Shown: positions 24,901-39,900 of the stretch, piece after piece
Layout: each line of letters starts with the position of its first letter
Position numbering within the stretch: position 1 is the first letter of the stretch
Source of the DNA: Octopus sinensis
Taxonomy: Eukaryota
Direction: 5' to 3'
Length of the DNA stretch: 64,000 nt
Assembly: GCF_006345805.1 (NCBI RefSeq)
Contig: NC_042998.1
Coordinates: forward strand, 39,618,001 to 39,682,000
Notes under the pieces: model-generated
What the model was told of the DNA's origin: nothing
The model's input: only the letters and a program-made list of their open reading frames with translations
Database searches by the model: none
Made by a program: the position numbers and the translations under genes

Positions 24901-27900
24901 AGTTATATTTTCGCATTAGTATAATTTACATGATTTATCTAGTTTTTTTTTTTTGTTTAATGATGAAAGAATTTCTATATAAAATAGAAAAAACAGTCGA
25001 TAGTCTGAAGTATGGTAATAATCTTTTGCCATTTTGTCTACATACTCCAGCGTAAAATTTGATCTCACTCATTTTTTCTTAGTCTTCACCTGCTATAGAC
25101 CTCTTGGCCAGCATTATAACCTCCTTCCCTCTCAGTACTTATCAATCAGTCACATGTTCATACCATGTCACAATTTTTTGTTATTTCATAAAACATCAGA
25201 GAAAAACTCCAAGCTTTGATTACAAATTGAAATAAAAGCTCATAGATTTCATTACTTAAACATTCACCTAATAAGTTGCAGCATTATATTACTAACATAA
25301 ATACTCTTAACAAATTCATAGATTTTCAGGTGAAAACAATCTAGTCACTATTTATAAAAGACCATCTTGATGTTTGGAACTTTATAAATAGTGACCAGAT
25401 TGTTCTCATTTAAAGATCCATGTGACGCCACACCAATCCTAAACAAATGTTGGGTTCTATTATCATCCAGCTCTTTCTTCACAAAAATACTAGGACCATA
25501 TCCCTTCTCTTCAGGATAACCAGAAAATATTCTTGCCCTTGTCAGCTGATATCTGAATGGAGAAGAAATCTCAGACATGTTGTGCTGTCATCTTTCCATG
25601 AACCACCCAACTCCACTGCCGCCTCTCCATCATCATCATCAACATTTAACATCTGCTTTCCATGCTGGTATGAGTTGAACAGCTTGGCAGGAACTGGCAA
25701 GGCTAGGGGCCACACCAGGTCCCATTGTCTGTTTTGACTTGGTTTCTATGACTGGATCCCTTTCTAATACTAACCACTCTACAGAGTGTACTTGGGACTT
25801 TTCATGTGGCACCAGCACCCACATCAATACTTTTTATGTGGCACCTTAGTTTTAGGATGTCAATTCTGTTGTGGTGGGCAGTCCTTCTTCAGTACAGCAA
25901 TGCACCACATATCGTGGTCCTCTACCATCTTTGTAAGGTTCAGCATTTTGAAATCAGTCTTCAACTGCAATGAAAATTTCACTGACCACTACTAATGTCA
26001 CACAGTTATTGCTAATCTCAGTCTAGAAGAATTTGGCTATGGAGACTCTCCATCCTTCATGGATTTTCTCTCAACTTATATTTGGCTCAATCTCTATACA
26101 CACAAACACATGTTTATGTCAAATTCTATCACCTTCAACCATTTTCTATTTCACTATTACATACATGCTCTCTCTCGCATTACAATTCCTCACTTCTCTT
26201 CAGAATCTATCCATTCACTCTTCTTTCCCTTCAATCCCATTAATTTTTCCTGTCTTGGCTTCATTCTGCTACACTCTTTCAAACATACTGTTCCTGTTAA
26301 ACTGAGCAGAGTTACACAAGAATTTCTATGCTAACCATACCTTGTCAATGTCTCCAAGCTTACTATGGAGGTCTCTTGATATTTTCTTTAACATTCCAAC
26401 AGGGTTCCGTACATCCTTTGACATTTTCAATAACAGACCAAGGACTTTAGAAATTACGTTCATATCTGCATCTAGGAAACATAAACAGAGCAACAAAAAA
26501 AAAAGTGATAACTGAAGAAATTCACAAGAAAAAGCTATTATATTGCAATTAAAATGGGAAGATTATCAATCCATGAATGTCTTTGAGCAGACCTATAATT
26601 AAAGATGTGATTTTGGAAGGGATTTGATTGCTATTTCTAACAGGTTGAATAGCTATATAAAGGTCCTTTTGTGCATCAACAAACAACATCTTGTGTTTGT
26701 TTTTGTGTGTGTATAAACATCAATATTGAGAGAAAGCTCAAACTATTACAGCAATAATATGAAGATGATATGTAAATTATCATCATTTAACGTCTGTTTT
26801 CCATGCTGGCATGGATTGGACACTTTGACAGGAACTGGCAAGGTCAGGAGCCACACCAGGCTACAGTTGTCTGGTTTGGTTTGGTTTCTACAGCTGAATG
26901 CCCTTTCTCCTGTTGACCACTTTACAGAGTGTATAAGATGCTCTTTATGTGGCACCAACAAGGTCACCAAGCAACTTACAAAACAAAAACCCCTCAGCTG
27001 GAAGCTGATAGAGAGACAGAGATAGTTGAGTTAGAGAATAAGATGGCTTAGGGCATTGGATTATAAAAACACCCCTATTCTCATATGCAATAATCTTACA
27101 TTCACACACACATTAAAAAATAAAGTAGAAATGGTGTGGATGGTAGAGAGCTGAAAGGTGTTACTTTAGTCTTTCTTTCACAGCTCTCAGTTGAATTCCT
27201 AACCTTTTTGAGATTAACTTTGCATTTTATTCATTAATGTGGAAAGACAATAAGATAATTATCTCTAACATACTAGAGACCAATCAACTAGCTGTACTCC
27301 TTTAGAGGACAAAAAACAAGAAGCAACCCAGTCCCAATCTCTCTAATCCTAAACCGTCTACAAAAATATGCCCAGAATGAAAGGTACATGCAACACACAG
27401 ACCCCCGACACATGTGAGAGGATAATAACTCCAAACAGGAACTGAGCTGGACTATAATACCAACCCAGACCAGTATACAAAGCAGACACATGATGATGAT
27501 GATGATGATGATGACTGCCATATATAAATTTATATAACTTGCTATAATTTAGCAGAACTCTGTGAGATGACAGACCCTCTCTGTGATCTGCTTAACAAAC
27601 TAGAAATAGCAGCCAAATCTACCTTAAACTACATTGTTTAAAAGGACACATTCGATAATGTAGTTCAAGGTAGACATTGCTTAAAAGGAAAAGTATTTGA
27701 GATGGTCATGGTTAGAATGCTTTTAAATATAGGTTAGGGTTGATTTAGGGTTTTAAAGTAGGTTGGCTCAGTTAGGATCAATTTTGAATTTTAAATATAG
27801 GCCTGTGCAGTCAGAGTTGTTTGTTTTAAATATATGTCTGCTGAGTTAAGATTGATTTTGAGTTCAACAAACAGATAAACTGTGATCAGATCAAGAAATG

Positions 27901-30900
27901 ATTATGTCCTTACCAATAGCATCTGATCTGGCAACTTCATCAATCCAGTGTAATATCTCTTCATAAACCTGACCTGGATTTAGGTGTTCACATAAAACGC
28001 CAAGAATTTCTAGCAAACTGTTTAGTTCAACAATGGTCTTAGTTTCTTTGTCAGAAGAAAGAATATTCACAGCCAGTCTCTACAGAAACAACAACAAGGT
28101 TAAAGTTAGCAATTGTCATAGATTTATAAAAGACTTTCTTTGTCTTCGTTTTTTTAAAAAATTCTTTTAAAGGAAGGTTCTTTAAGACATCATATAGCTG
28201 AAAGAATACGATTATAGATCAGCTCTTGAGTTGAAATCTGCTACTGGAATTTCGTTTTTATGAAAAACACTATTCTACCCCTCTCTCTCTTTTGGAGAGG
28301 CACAAGCACCTACACGCACATATACACACACGGCAGTAACTTCCGCCTGCCGAATTCAATCACAAAGCTTCGGTCGGCTTGGGGCTATGTTTTAGTTAAT
28401 CTAGTAGGTGGAATTAGGTAACAGACAATCTGGAAATTGTTACCTCTAAGACTACTGATTCAAATAAGACTTTGATTGTGGCAGAGAAACATTGGAAGTG
28501 GGAGACATTCTGAAGATTTTGTTTTCAGGCTTTTATTTATTTGTTAATAAATTAACAAGATACATAGCTGATTGTTTCACATCCAGTGCAACAGACTTTG
28601 AGCTATCAACTCTAATCACCATACACTTTACCTAAACAATTGAAGATTAGATCAGTTTCTTCTTTGAGCAGCCATTTCTCTCCGCTGTTGTTTTTGCAAA
28701 CATTTTTCTTCAACACAATTGCATCGATATCCAAGTGCTGCTTCAGTGGATGAAGTGTATGAACAACAATATCTATTTTACTGGAACTAGTACCCTCTCT
28801 TATCTGTCTGTCACCATCTTCCCTTGGTCAAGTCACATATCCCATTAACATTGTGGTTTTTGTGCCATCAATGTCCTTCAAGGCCAACAATACCCGGAGT
28901 ATCCACTCCTCATCCTCTCATTAACACAGTGGTCATTCAGACTTACATCTACATCCACTGTTGAAAAAAAAGAAGCAATGCAAAGACAGCCTAAGCATTT
29001 TCAAGTGAAGTCTTTTGAAGAGCAAAAGATGCTAGTGACTGTCAGTTGATTCCATATGACCCTTGGAAGGATGAGAAACAAAGGTGATTTCAGTGGGACT
29101 TGAACCCGAGAATGTAAAAGGCTGAAAGTAAAAGTGCAAAACATTTTTGTGTAACACTCTACAATGATTCTGACAATTACTGATCTGTTTCTATAGAAAC
29201 AGAAGCAATATCCAACTGTCTGAGATTGTGACTTGCATCAGTAACAACACTGTAAACCATTTCAAATTCAATGGTTTTTTTTCAAGCAGAGTTTGGACTT
29301 GCCATGTTAAAATATTCTCAAAAAAAAACGTTCTTATATGTAAACATGTGCATGTTCTGCATACGCTAAGAAATGATCACAAGCAAAAATTTTATAACTA
29401 GACTTATTAGCTTCCACCGTATATTGACTACAGAAAAATAGTCTAATATTAGGGCGTATAAACTCCCCAATGGGAAAAAATGGACATTAGCATGTGTTGG
29501 GGTTTATATGTCCTAATATCAGACTATTTTTCTATCATCAATATATGGTGGAAGCTAATAATTATATTTACAAAATGTTCACTTGTCATTATTTCTTAAT
29601 ATATGCAGAATATGCACAGGTTTACCACAATGAAATCATAGTTTTTAAATTCAATGGAAAAAATGGACGGGTATGTTGGTGTAATCAGTCAGCACTCTTA
29701 TTGTGAAAGTAAGAGGTGGGGGTCACCCATGCCAGCATGGAAGGCAGATGTTAAACGATAATGATGATGATGACTAATGCCCATTTTTTTCTGTTGGGAG
29801 TTTATAGCCCTTATATTAAACTACTTTCTATAGTCAACATATGGTGAAATCTTATTTCTTAGTATCTGCCATGCAGGACTGGTTATGCTGACAAATTTGG
29901 GGCAGTATTTCTTACTACTACTCTGATTATCCAAGTAATAATTCCTGTAACAGTACCAACTAACTATATTTAATGTGGACATTTACTGTAGGGAAGTACT
30001 TTTCTAAGGATCAGGGGTTTTGGTACCCATATTTGCTTGAACTTTTGTGAGCAAAATGAGAGATATTTTTTCATATTACGGGGGCATGGACTCCAAAAGC
30101 ATGTTGCTACACCCAGCATTTGTTGGTGACTCCCTACTACTTCCAGCAGATGACAACTTTGACCACTCAGGCAACAACCCTCAAACCCATGGTTATCTAT
30201 TATGTATTATATATAAATGAAGATTACATTAATTAGAAAAGTTACTTGCTGCAGACTGTATCCACTGTTCACCAGTAAAGAGATAGGAATAAATGTTATG
30301 GTTTTGTGGCTAAGAATTTAATGGCTACTTATTCATGTTGTGAGAGGCAGGAAAATTATATGTTCATGGTGGATGTGCAATTTCCACCCAGGGGCCCAAC
30401 AGCAACCAAGGGTAAGGTATTGCTAGTGAAGGTTTTACAAGGTCAGAGTGTAAATCCCACTGCAACCTCTTTAAGTTGCCTTTTTTATGAGACACAAAGG
30501 AAATGTTGACATGTAGGTCTGAACACAGCACTAGAGTAACAGAAAATGAAATGCTGCCCGACCTAGGAATCAAACCCATGATCTGGTGATTGTGAGTGCA
30601 AAAACCTAACCACTAGGCTATGTACCTTCACATATAAATTGTTTATTTTTTCTAAAAAAGCAAAAACAAAAAGATTAAAGAGAAGACAGACAAACCAAAA
30701 TATTTGGTCACCAACCTGAATGAGTTTTGTATGTTTTTCTAAAATGCTTTGCTTGTCAGACATTTGGGAATTTGAGGTATCTGTGGCCTCATTGACTTTT
30801 ACTGCAAAGAAATGACGAGAGAAATAGTAAGAGAAAAACCAATTAGTTTAAGAAGGGATGAGAAATGCATCGATTATGTTCTCTTCAAAGTTGTTTAGAA

Positions 30901-33900
30901 TCTATACTTTGTAACCATAAATGCCTATTGGCCGGATGAGTGTTCACACCAGTTTTGTTTTCTCTTGCAACACTTTTGCTACTCCAGATGTTATTAGCTT
31001 TTCCACGAACGTTTTTTCCATGGCTGGCTGTGTCCTAATTTCCTTCTTACATGTGTCTTCGTTAGAAATTTGGGCTCCAAGATACTTGTACAATTCAACC
31101 TGTTCAAGACTCTCACTGCCCAGCTGGGTGTTAACATTCACTTTCTCTTTTCCTACTACCATAGGGTCACCAGTAGAACAGACCCTATGAAAGCCATACT
31201 GATGGTCACATACAGAGAAGATAACAAGCAACTTTAGATTTCCAATTAACAATAGTTCAAAATAAGCAGTTACTTACACAACTGAGTAAACCACACTTTA
31301 TGAGTGTCTGGGGATGTAGAGTCAAACAGAAGCTGTACAACAGCACTTAAAATCTCTAAGCAGAGAGTAGATTCGGTCTTTTTGTTCTTTTTATCACTGG
31401 TGGGACCAACTCTTTGGTAATGTTTCAGACAGAGTCTATTAAAGAGATGATTAATTAAAAGTTAAATGTTTCAACAATCAGATTTAACATGTTCAGGTAC
31501 ACTTGGATATGGAAAGATCTACATTGCAAAAACAAATCTTGAGAGAAAAACTCTCTTTACAGACGGTATGCATAAAAACGTGGCCCAAAGGACCATAGGA
31601 TATAGGCATTTCTGCATCGTTACACATCATCATCATCATCTACGGATACTGAGTTATTGTTCATAACCACTAAGAACAGCTTGTTCTTGTAATGGTAAGT
31701 GGTACATATGTTGATGTGTGCAAAGCTTTGACAAGTTGGAATTAATAACTTAGTGGAGCACTAAGCAGTGATTAATGAAATATAGGTGTCTGCAATAATA
31801 TCTAACATGTTTGCATACAATCAGACATGACAAAGCTTTGCAGACATCAGAAACTGAACCACATGCTGTTCTAATATAAGAATTTGTTCTTAGTAACTAT
31901 GAAAGGAAGCTCAGAATTCACGGCTGACAATGCAAAACAACACAGATATGGATCCTCTGTCTGATGACATCAGTCATAGCCCAGTGGTGTGATTTCACAC
32001 TTACTGTCTATAAAAGGAGAATTTTTTTCTTTTGAGACAAATACTGAAGCATATGTCATTCCGTGCCAGAGTACACAAACATATTAAATATGATTGTACA
32101 TGTCTATATTTCATTCAACACTGCTTAGTGTTAATTAAAGGCTGTGTATCTTAAAGCAGAAAATGGAAGAAGTGCTGGATAGGTCTTTTTCTAAAGAATT
32201 TTGTGTAACAAGAATGTTTCCTATTTCTCTTATGTGGCTTTTTATGTATAGTTTTATACTTAACACTAGCTTGGTATGGATTAGAACTGGTTGTGTATTA
32301 AATTCTCTCACAAAATCAGATCTCAGCTGCTTGTACAATAATTCATCTAACCAGCTAGCCATTGTGCTAATGGCTGCAACTTGTTATTTCAAATAATAGT
32401 TAAGTCATCATCAATATTTTTACACAATTTCACAAGAATGTTGCAAAACAAATACATAAACAATGTCAGCCTCAGCCAGGTTAGCAAGATGCATTTAACT
32501 GGCAAAAGATGACAATCCCCAAAACGTATTTTTTTATAGTGAAGCCCTCTTTAACCGGTCACTCATCAGACCATAAAATGTGGTCATCCTCATAATTTCA
32601 TGTCTGCTTTCCATACTGGCACAAGCTGGACATTTAACATTAAATGACCAATAAAGGTGGCAAGCTGACAGAATTGTTAACATGCCAGGCAAAATGCTTT
32701 GTGGCATTTCATCTATGTTCTGAGTTCAAATACCACTGGCATCAACTTTGCCTTCCATCCCTTCAAGGTCAATGAAATAAGTATCAGTTGCGTACTGAGT
32801 CCGATGTAATCGACTTGCCCACCCTCCCTTGAACTTACTGGGCTTGTGCCAAAATTTGAAATCAATATTAAATCATCAATATAAAGCAGTTAAAAACAAA
32901 AAGTTGCTTAGGACGGGTTTCAGTGTCACCATGGCAATAAGAATTTCCTTCTTAAAACTTCAATAGACATATGTAAGTTTCTGAATTGTCAAAAGTGAAG
33001 CAAGTTCTGGTTACCACATTACTGGGTTCTGGTCATCTTTCGAATAATTAGTAAAAATAGTTTTAAAAAACCCCCACAAAAAAAAACATCTGACTTCCTT
33101 GGGACATTGGATATTAAGAGAAATAAAAGAAAAATAGATCAAAATAGATCACATAACAGGAACATGTAGTCTAACAGCTGTCAGTGGTAGAGAATATTGT
33201 GTTATTGAGATGAAGTGTCAAGTCTGGAGATTCTATAGATCAAAATAGGAAAGGAAGAGATGTTGCAAAACCAACAACAATAAACAACATACCTTCCAAG
33301 ACGGCATGAAAGTAAAATTAATTTGTCTTTATCCAGCTGTTCTTTGTCATCACGGAAACCATGGTCTCTTAATAAATGAATTTTCTGCAAGCCAACACTA
33401 AGTATATGTTGCACAAAATCTTTATTTTCTTTCAAACTTTTCAATGATAGCGAAGAATCTGAACTGGAATCCCTGCAAAAAAGTATTTATCATCATCATT
33501 CACTGATAATAAAATAGTTTTTGCGTGCAATTCACTCTGTGAAGCAGAGGATATTACTAAAAGAGCTTTTGACACAAGAAAAAATTAGGTTTCTGTTTTT
33601 ATTTTTTCCTCCAATCAGCCATGTAAAAAAAAAAAAAACCTTATAAATACTTCATATTCTCTCCTGCCAACTGAAAATGTACAGAATAACACATTTCACA
33701 TTTGGAAAATAAGCAAAATAAAAGACAATTGCAATGCAAAATATTAACAACGGCCGAGACTCAAAAACAAACATTTTAACATTAAGTTTGAATATCTTTG
33801 AATAGAAACGTTGCCATAGAGACATGTGTAGAGATTATGTTTGCAAATGTGCTTTCGAATAATAAAACACTCGATAAGGAACATTTTGCTGAAAGAACAA

Positions 33901-36900
33901 ATGCTTAGCAACATTTTGACCTTAAGACAGTCTGTGATAATCCAACACAATTCACAATTTAGTTGTTCTTTGCTAAGGCAACAGGGATTTTTCTTGTTCC
34001 ATCCAAAGACTTGGATTCAGCCCTGAAATACATTTTAAATGAAACCTCATTTATTAGAAGGAGGAAGGAAGATGGCACTGTTTGTGTCATTGTTAAACAC
34101 AAACAACGAGGTCAAAGGGCAAGACCAAACTGTGATGGGTTGTCAGTCCAGAAGCTGATCCTGCAATATCTGGGAATATAAGAGTCACTGTCAGGGACAT
34201 TGGTGATATTGTTGACCCTTGGCTAGTTCTTAGCTTCATGGAACAATATGGGTTGATGGTCATTACACATCTAACTTGTAGTTGAGTGGGGGTTACTATA
34301 GATATATTTTGAAAGACCACAAAACAGTCCCAGAGATGTAATCTATTGCGGATGCTGAAAGATCTTAAAACTCAGCATTTGTTGTACTGTAATAGTGAAA
34401 GACAGTTGGGAGCATTTCACTTAGTATGCCAAAAACAACAAAAGCAACAAGAACAAATCCTGGAGGTTGCCAGTCCCAAAACAACACTTGGCACAACTGA
34501 GTTGGTAAAAAGACTTCCCTGTCCTCATTGCCAGGAGAGAAGCATGAAAGCCAAGAATCTCTTCTCCCACTTACAACTAGTGATGATAACATCTGTGAGA
34601 AGTAAGCAACCAGCCAGCACCCCTTCACAGCAATACCATTCCCTCCCCCTATGAGAACAGGGGTCAAAGGAGAAAAGCAAATTTAAAAAAAAATTTTTAA
34701 TTAGTCAAAAGAAGAAATTTTTACAACGACCAAGTACATTAACCAATAAATATAAACTCCCAAAGCTAACTTAACTGTAAAAAGTCATAATTGTTGGCAT
34801 TTGATGCCAAGATAACAGCAGTTACTTTGGAATTAAATATCAGCAAGAATTTTTGCTCATGATTATGATATTTTAATTGTTGGGTTACGATCATGGTTTC
34901 AGAGATCACAGGACTGTTAGTTGGTATTGTAGTAAGTCATGATAAATCTATTTTTTAACCGGAGCACGAATTAGTTGTTTGAGACAGATGCTGACCAGTT
35001 AAGGTTGGCGTTGCATGAATTCAAACAACTTCCAGCCATATTATCTAAAGCATGTCTAAAGCCTAAATGGTTGAGTTGCTGTGGAAGATATTGAATGCAC
35101 AGTCAAGCTCCTCATTCTGTCAGCTTCATTTAGAAGCTGGAAGATTACTTGTTCAGTTTCTTAGTTATTATGACTACCGAGCTAAGTTTGTTTTTCTCAA
35201 ATCAAAATCATTATGCTCACTTCTTCACATGGCATTTGTCTTCTTTTTTAAGCTGTTAGGAAGCTTCATCATCATCATCATCGTTTAACATCTGTTTTCC
35301 ATGCTAGCATGGGTTGGACGGTTCGACTGGGGATCTGGGAATCCAGAAGGCTGCACCAGGCTCCAGTCTGATCTGGCAGTGTTTCTACAGCTGGATGCCC
35401 TTCCTAACGCCAACCACTCTGTGAGTGTAGTGGGTGCTTTTTACGTGCCACCTGCACAGGTGCCAGGCTAGGCTGGCAACGGCCACGAGCGGATTGGTGC
35501 ATTTTACGTACCACCAGAAGCTTATTATATCATTTTACCAGGTTTGCTGAAATTGACTGCTTCAGCAAGACTAATTGTCATACTTTGTACTATGGGGTTA
35601 ATATCCAGTACCAAACTAAAGAACCTGTAAAAATTAGTAAATGCAACCGAATATATTCATTTCTTGCCATGTTATTCCTCTCTGAATTTAGGCCTCTGAA
35701 GGCCTAAATTTTGATTGTTTACATAGACAGTGAATTTTCCTGTAATACACGTTTGTTCAGCGTTGTTTTGAGACTGTAAATAAAAGTGTCACATTTTGAA
35801 CTTGAAGACAACTCATTGCCTTCTGATTTTTCTGTGTAGCATTGTTGACAGCATTATATATTTTTGGCTAAAGTATCAATACTCACTCATAGAAACTGTG
35901 TAATATCTCGACTATGAAATGCAAAGACAATAAACTGGGGTTAATTTTGGTATTTTGTCCTTTCATTTTGGTCTTTAAAATACCAGTCAGCTTCACATAT
36001 TTTGCAAACAAATCCATAACATTCTCAAAGCTACTTTCACTGAAAATAAATATGAAAACAAAATAAATTATCTGTATCCTTCTGTATATGTACATGTGTA
36101 TATATGTATGGACAATTTTACTTTTTATTTTTCCCGTTTTCTTTTCATACTAATTTTCTACAGTGTAACAAAGCTTAGAATTGAAACCTCATTAGCCCAG
36201 TAACAAGAAGTAGGCCCCAGTATATCAGGTGTTATTGCATATGAATGAGGACGTAGACCCAGGAAGATGTGGGACGAAGTGGTGAGAAAGGATCTACAAA
36301 CATTGGGACTCACAGAGCGGATGACAGGAAACCGAGACTCCTGGTGGTTTGCCAAGCTTGAAAAGATATGACAAGGTAAGTTAAGCGTGGTTGCCCTTGA
36401 GTCCGGGTTTGTCCCTTACAACCCTCTCCAGCTGAGGATCCTTAATCTTGCAGTCTTGTAAGTGCTGGTGCCATGTAAAAAGCACCTGTACCAGTGCTGT
36501 ATAAAAGCACCCAGTCCACACTTTGTAAAGTGGTTGGTGTTAGGAAGGGCATCCAGCCATAAAAACCATGCCAAAACAGATAGAGGGCCTGAACAGCCAT
36601 TCAGATTGTTAGCTTCTGTCAGACTGTCCAACCTATGCAGGCATGGAAAATGGACATTAAACAATGATGGTAATGATTATATATATTATCATCATCGTTA
36701 TTTAATGTCTGATGTCCATACTGGCAAGGGTTGGACTTTTTGGACCGGAGCTGGTAAGCTGGAAAGCTGTACCAAATTCCAGTCTGATTTGGTATGGTTT
36801 TCTACGGCTGGATGCCCTTCCTAATGCCAGCCACTCCAAAAGTGTAATAGGTGCTTTTACATGCCACCAGTATCTGCCATGATTACGATTTTGCTTGGCT

Positions 36901-39900
36901 TGATGGGTCTTCTTCTCAAGCACAACATAAAGCCAATTAATGTAATCTTCATTTTGGGGAAACAGCCCACAGCCAGATTCAGTCCAACCAAATAACTGTC
37001 TTTCATGTGCTGCCCATGGAGTTGGCACCTGTGGATAGCCTTCTCCACCTTGATAGCAGTGAGCAGGAACATGGTCTGGCGATCTAAGCACACCAGAGGT
37101 CTTCATAGCCACAGCCTTGACCACAATCTTGTCACAGAGCAGCAGACATTTTGACAGGAGCTGGCAATGCCAGAAGCGGTACCATTGTCTGTTTTGGTAT
37201 GGTTTCTACAACTGGATGCCCTTTTACTTGGCACCAGCACAGGTGTTTTTTTATATAGTACCATCACTGACAGGGTCACCAAGGACCTTGCAAGATAAAA
37301 AAGGCAAAAATCCCTTGACTGAGAGGGTGAAATAGTATTGACAGGATGGTGTGTGGATTTGCACCAGTTGAAAGGGTCAAGGTATGGGAGGGACTGACAA
37401 ATTGTTTCTTCAGTTCTGCAACCATTCATATCCAATATCTGTCACATGATCCAATGATGCAAGGTCTCCACTATTACTCAACCTGCTAGAATTAACAGCA
37501 AATTCCCCGTAAGCCATAACTCTGCCCAATAAGAACTGACCTACACTACAGCAACATGTTTAACCCCAGACCAGCCCTAACTGAAAAGGTCTACAATTAA
37601 AGACAACCTAGCAGTAACCATCAATACTTTCAATACCCACATTAAGCAGTATTTACTCTATTTCTAAAATAGTAGGATGTGATTTTGAGGGAATTTGGTT
37701 GCTATTTCTAGATTCACAGGCATATGGCGGAGCCTCTATGTAGCTATTTCAATTGATAATAACATTAACTCAAGCCATAAAAATAATTTTAAAAAAGACG
37801 AGCTGCAATTTCAGAGAGATTTGGTTGCTATTTCTAATAAATTCAGTGACTATACAGAGCCTCCTTCTTTGGTTTGACAAATAAACACATTGATTCAGAA
37901 AACAGATTTAAGATCTATAGACAAATAAACAACTTTGAACTGAAAACTAAGGAAGTTGTGTTTTTTGTTTTTCTTTTTTGGCTACATCAGTGCCAACCAT
38001 TTTTGCAGGTCATTTCAGACTGACGGTCAACTCCTTTAGGAAATAACATGGAGAAGGAAAGAATTTCAAAGTGGAGAAAGAATTGGCAAAATGTCAAAGT
38101 AGGATTGGCAAAGCTGAGAGAGAGAGAGGTGATGATGAAGGTTAGAAGACAGAGAGAAGAAATAACATCCAAGATCTTAATATGAGTGTTCGTGCCAATT
38201 ACTGTCTTAGATATATGAATAATTCTCCAGTTTGGGTCTTATTTGATCTTTATAGAACAGCAACTGATTAGAGCTGAAGCATTTACACTGAAAGGGGAAA
38301 AATTCTAGGATGCAGTTTTGGTAAAATTCAATGTGAAACATTTTAGTACTAGATCCTCCAATAAACGATGCTGCACGAAATGTTTCTCTACATAATAGCT
38401 CAACCAAATATAGACCTCTTCATCTTTTGTTTCTAATCCAGTTCTGATAGACACAGACAAACAGTGACTAGCTAGCAGCCTTGAAGCAATTTCCATACAA
38501 CTCATTACATATTACATACCTGCATTTGCCAGAGAAAAAATTATATTCCATCAAAGATTCATATAAACCAAGGATCAAAGATGCCAGAATGGTGTTCTTG
38601 ACACCAACATTAGTTTTGGTAGAATAGTCAGAAGCTTTATCCTGGAAAAAAAAAATCTTGGTTCTAAAGCAAATTAATGAGAATAATGGTTTTGATTAAT
38701 TAAATCATGAAATTATGAAAGACAGAAAGACCAGCCTCTACATGTGAAAGCTAGATTAACTTACTCTTTGATACACATAGGCAAGTTCCCAAGAGTTATC
38801 ACAATCTTTCATGAAGTGCCTAAAAAGACTTTTTCCATCTAGAACTAAAATCAAATTAGGGACCATGTTTACAGATATACTGATTTCAAATTTTGGCACA
38901 AGGTCAGCAATTTTGACGGAAGGCATAAGTTACTTACATTGACCCCAGTGCATAACTGGTACTTATTTATTGATCCGGAAAGGATGAAAGCAAAGTTGAC
39001 CTTGGCACAATTTGAACTTAGAATGTCAGGATGGGCAAAATAATGCCAAGCATTTTGCCTGGCACACTAATGATTCTGCCAGCTCACCGTCCTTACAAAA
39101 ATGCTTCCAAAAATAGTAACACTGCATTTACTTAAGTATTTTTGCTAATCTGTAGACTGCATCCCATACCAAAATCTTACCAGTTCAAACTCCTCCAGTT
39201 CACATTTTACCATGCGTTGTGTCAGAGATGCAAGAATCTTCTCCAATTTTTTCAAACAGTTAGATTCTTCATCATCATCACCACCATCTGCCTCTTCTTC
39301 CTCCTCCTCTTTCTCATCATCATCATGACCATTGCTATTGGTTTCATTTTCATTTAATGTTTGACTCTTCAATACACACTGGCTAACACAACGCAAGAGA
39401 TGAGCCTAGAATAAAAAAGCAAAACAAATTCAAATAAAGCATCACAACAGATTGTGAGGTCAACATGCTACTCTGCTGATGATGATATGGTCAGGAGTTT
39501 AAACCTTGCTGCAACGGGAGTCATCTCTGCCAGCCCCTATCATTGTTTTGGCATCCATGTGTCTTGTTAGACCCTGGATTTCTACCAAGAAAACTTTATT
39601 TCAGTGTGTTGGGAGAGAGAAGTAATGTGACACAGGCCAAAGTTGTATGGAAATGCATCAGTGGCCCTTGCAGCTGGTCTGCTCTCTCCATGCTGCCCCT
39701 GTTATCCAAGGGAAGGGCAAGGTCCAATACTAGTGCAACGTATTCCAGAACTAAAAGAAACTCTGGACTGTTTATAGATTCCAGTTCCATATTTCTGGTT
39801 GATTTAACTGACCCTGGCACCCTTTTTTTTTTTTAAATCAACAATAAGAGAAAAAGCAAAGTTGACCTCAACCAGATTTGAAGGACAAAAACAACTCACA

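Noticed and set aside
28640-28780. Cys-rich peptide on minus (YCCSYT...[10 protein letters not shown])
   Set aside because: The plus strand resembles a decayed RTE endonuclease; no start or signal peptide
32135-32396. Possible extra FANCI exon
   Set aside because: No FANCI similarity; exons 33472-33293 and 31435-31278 join directly
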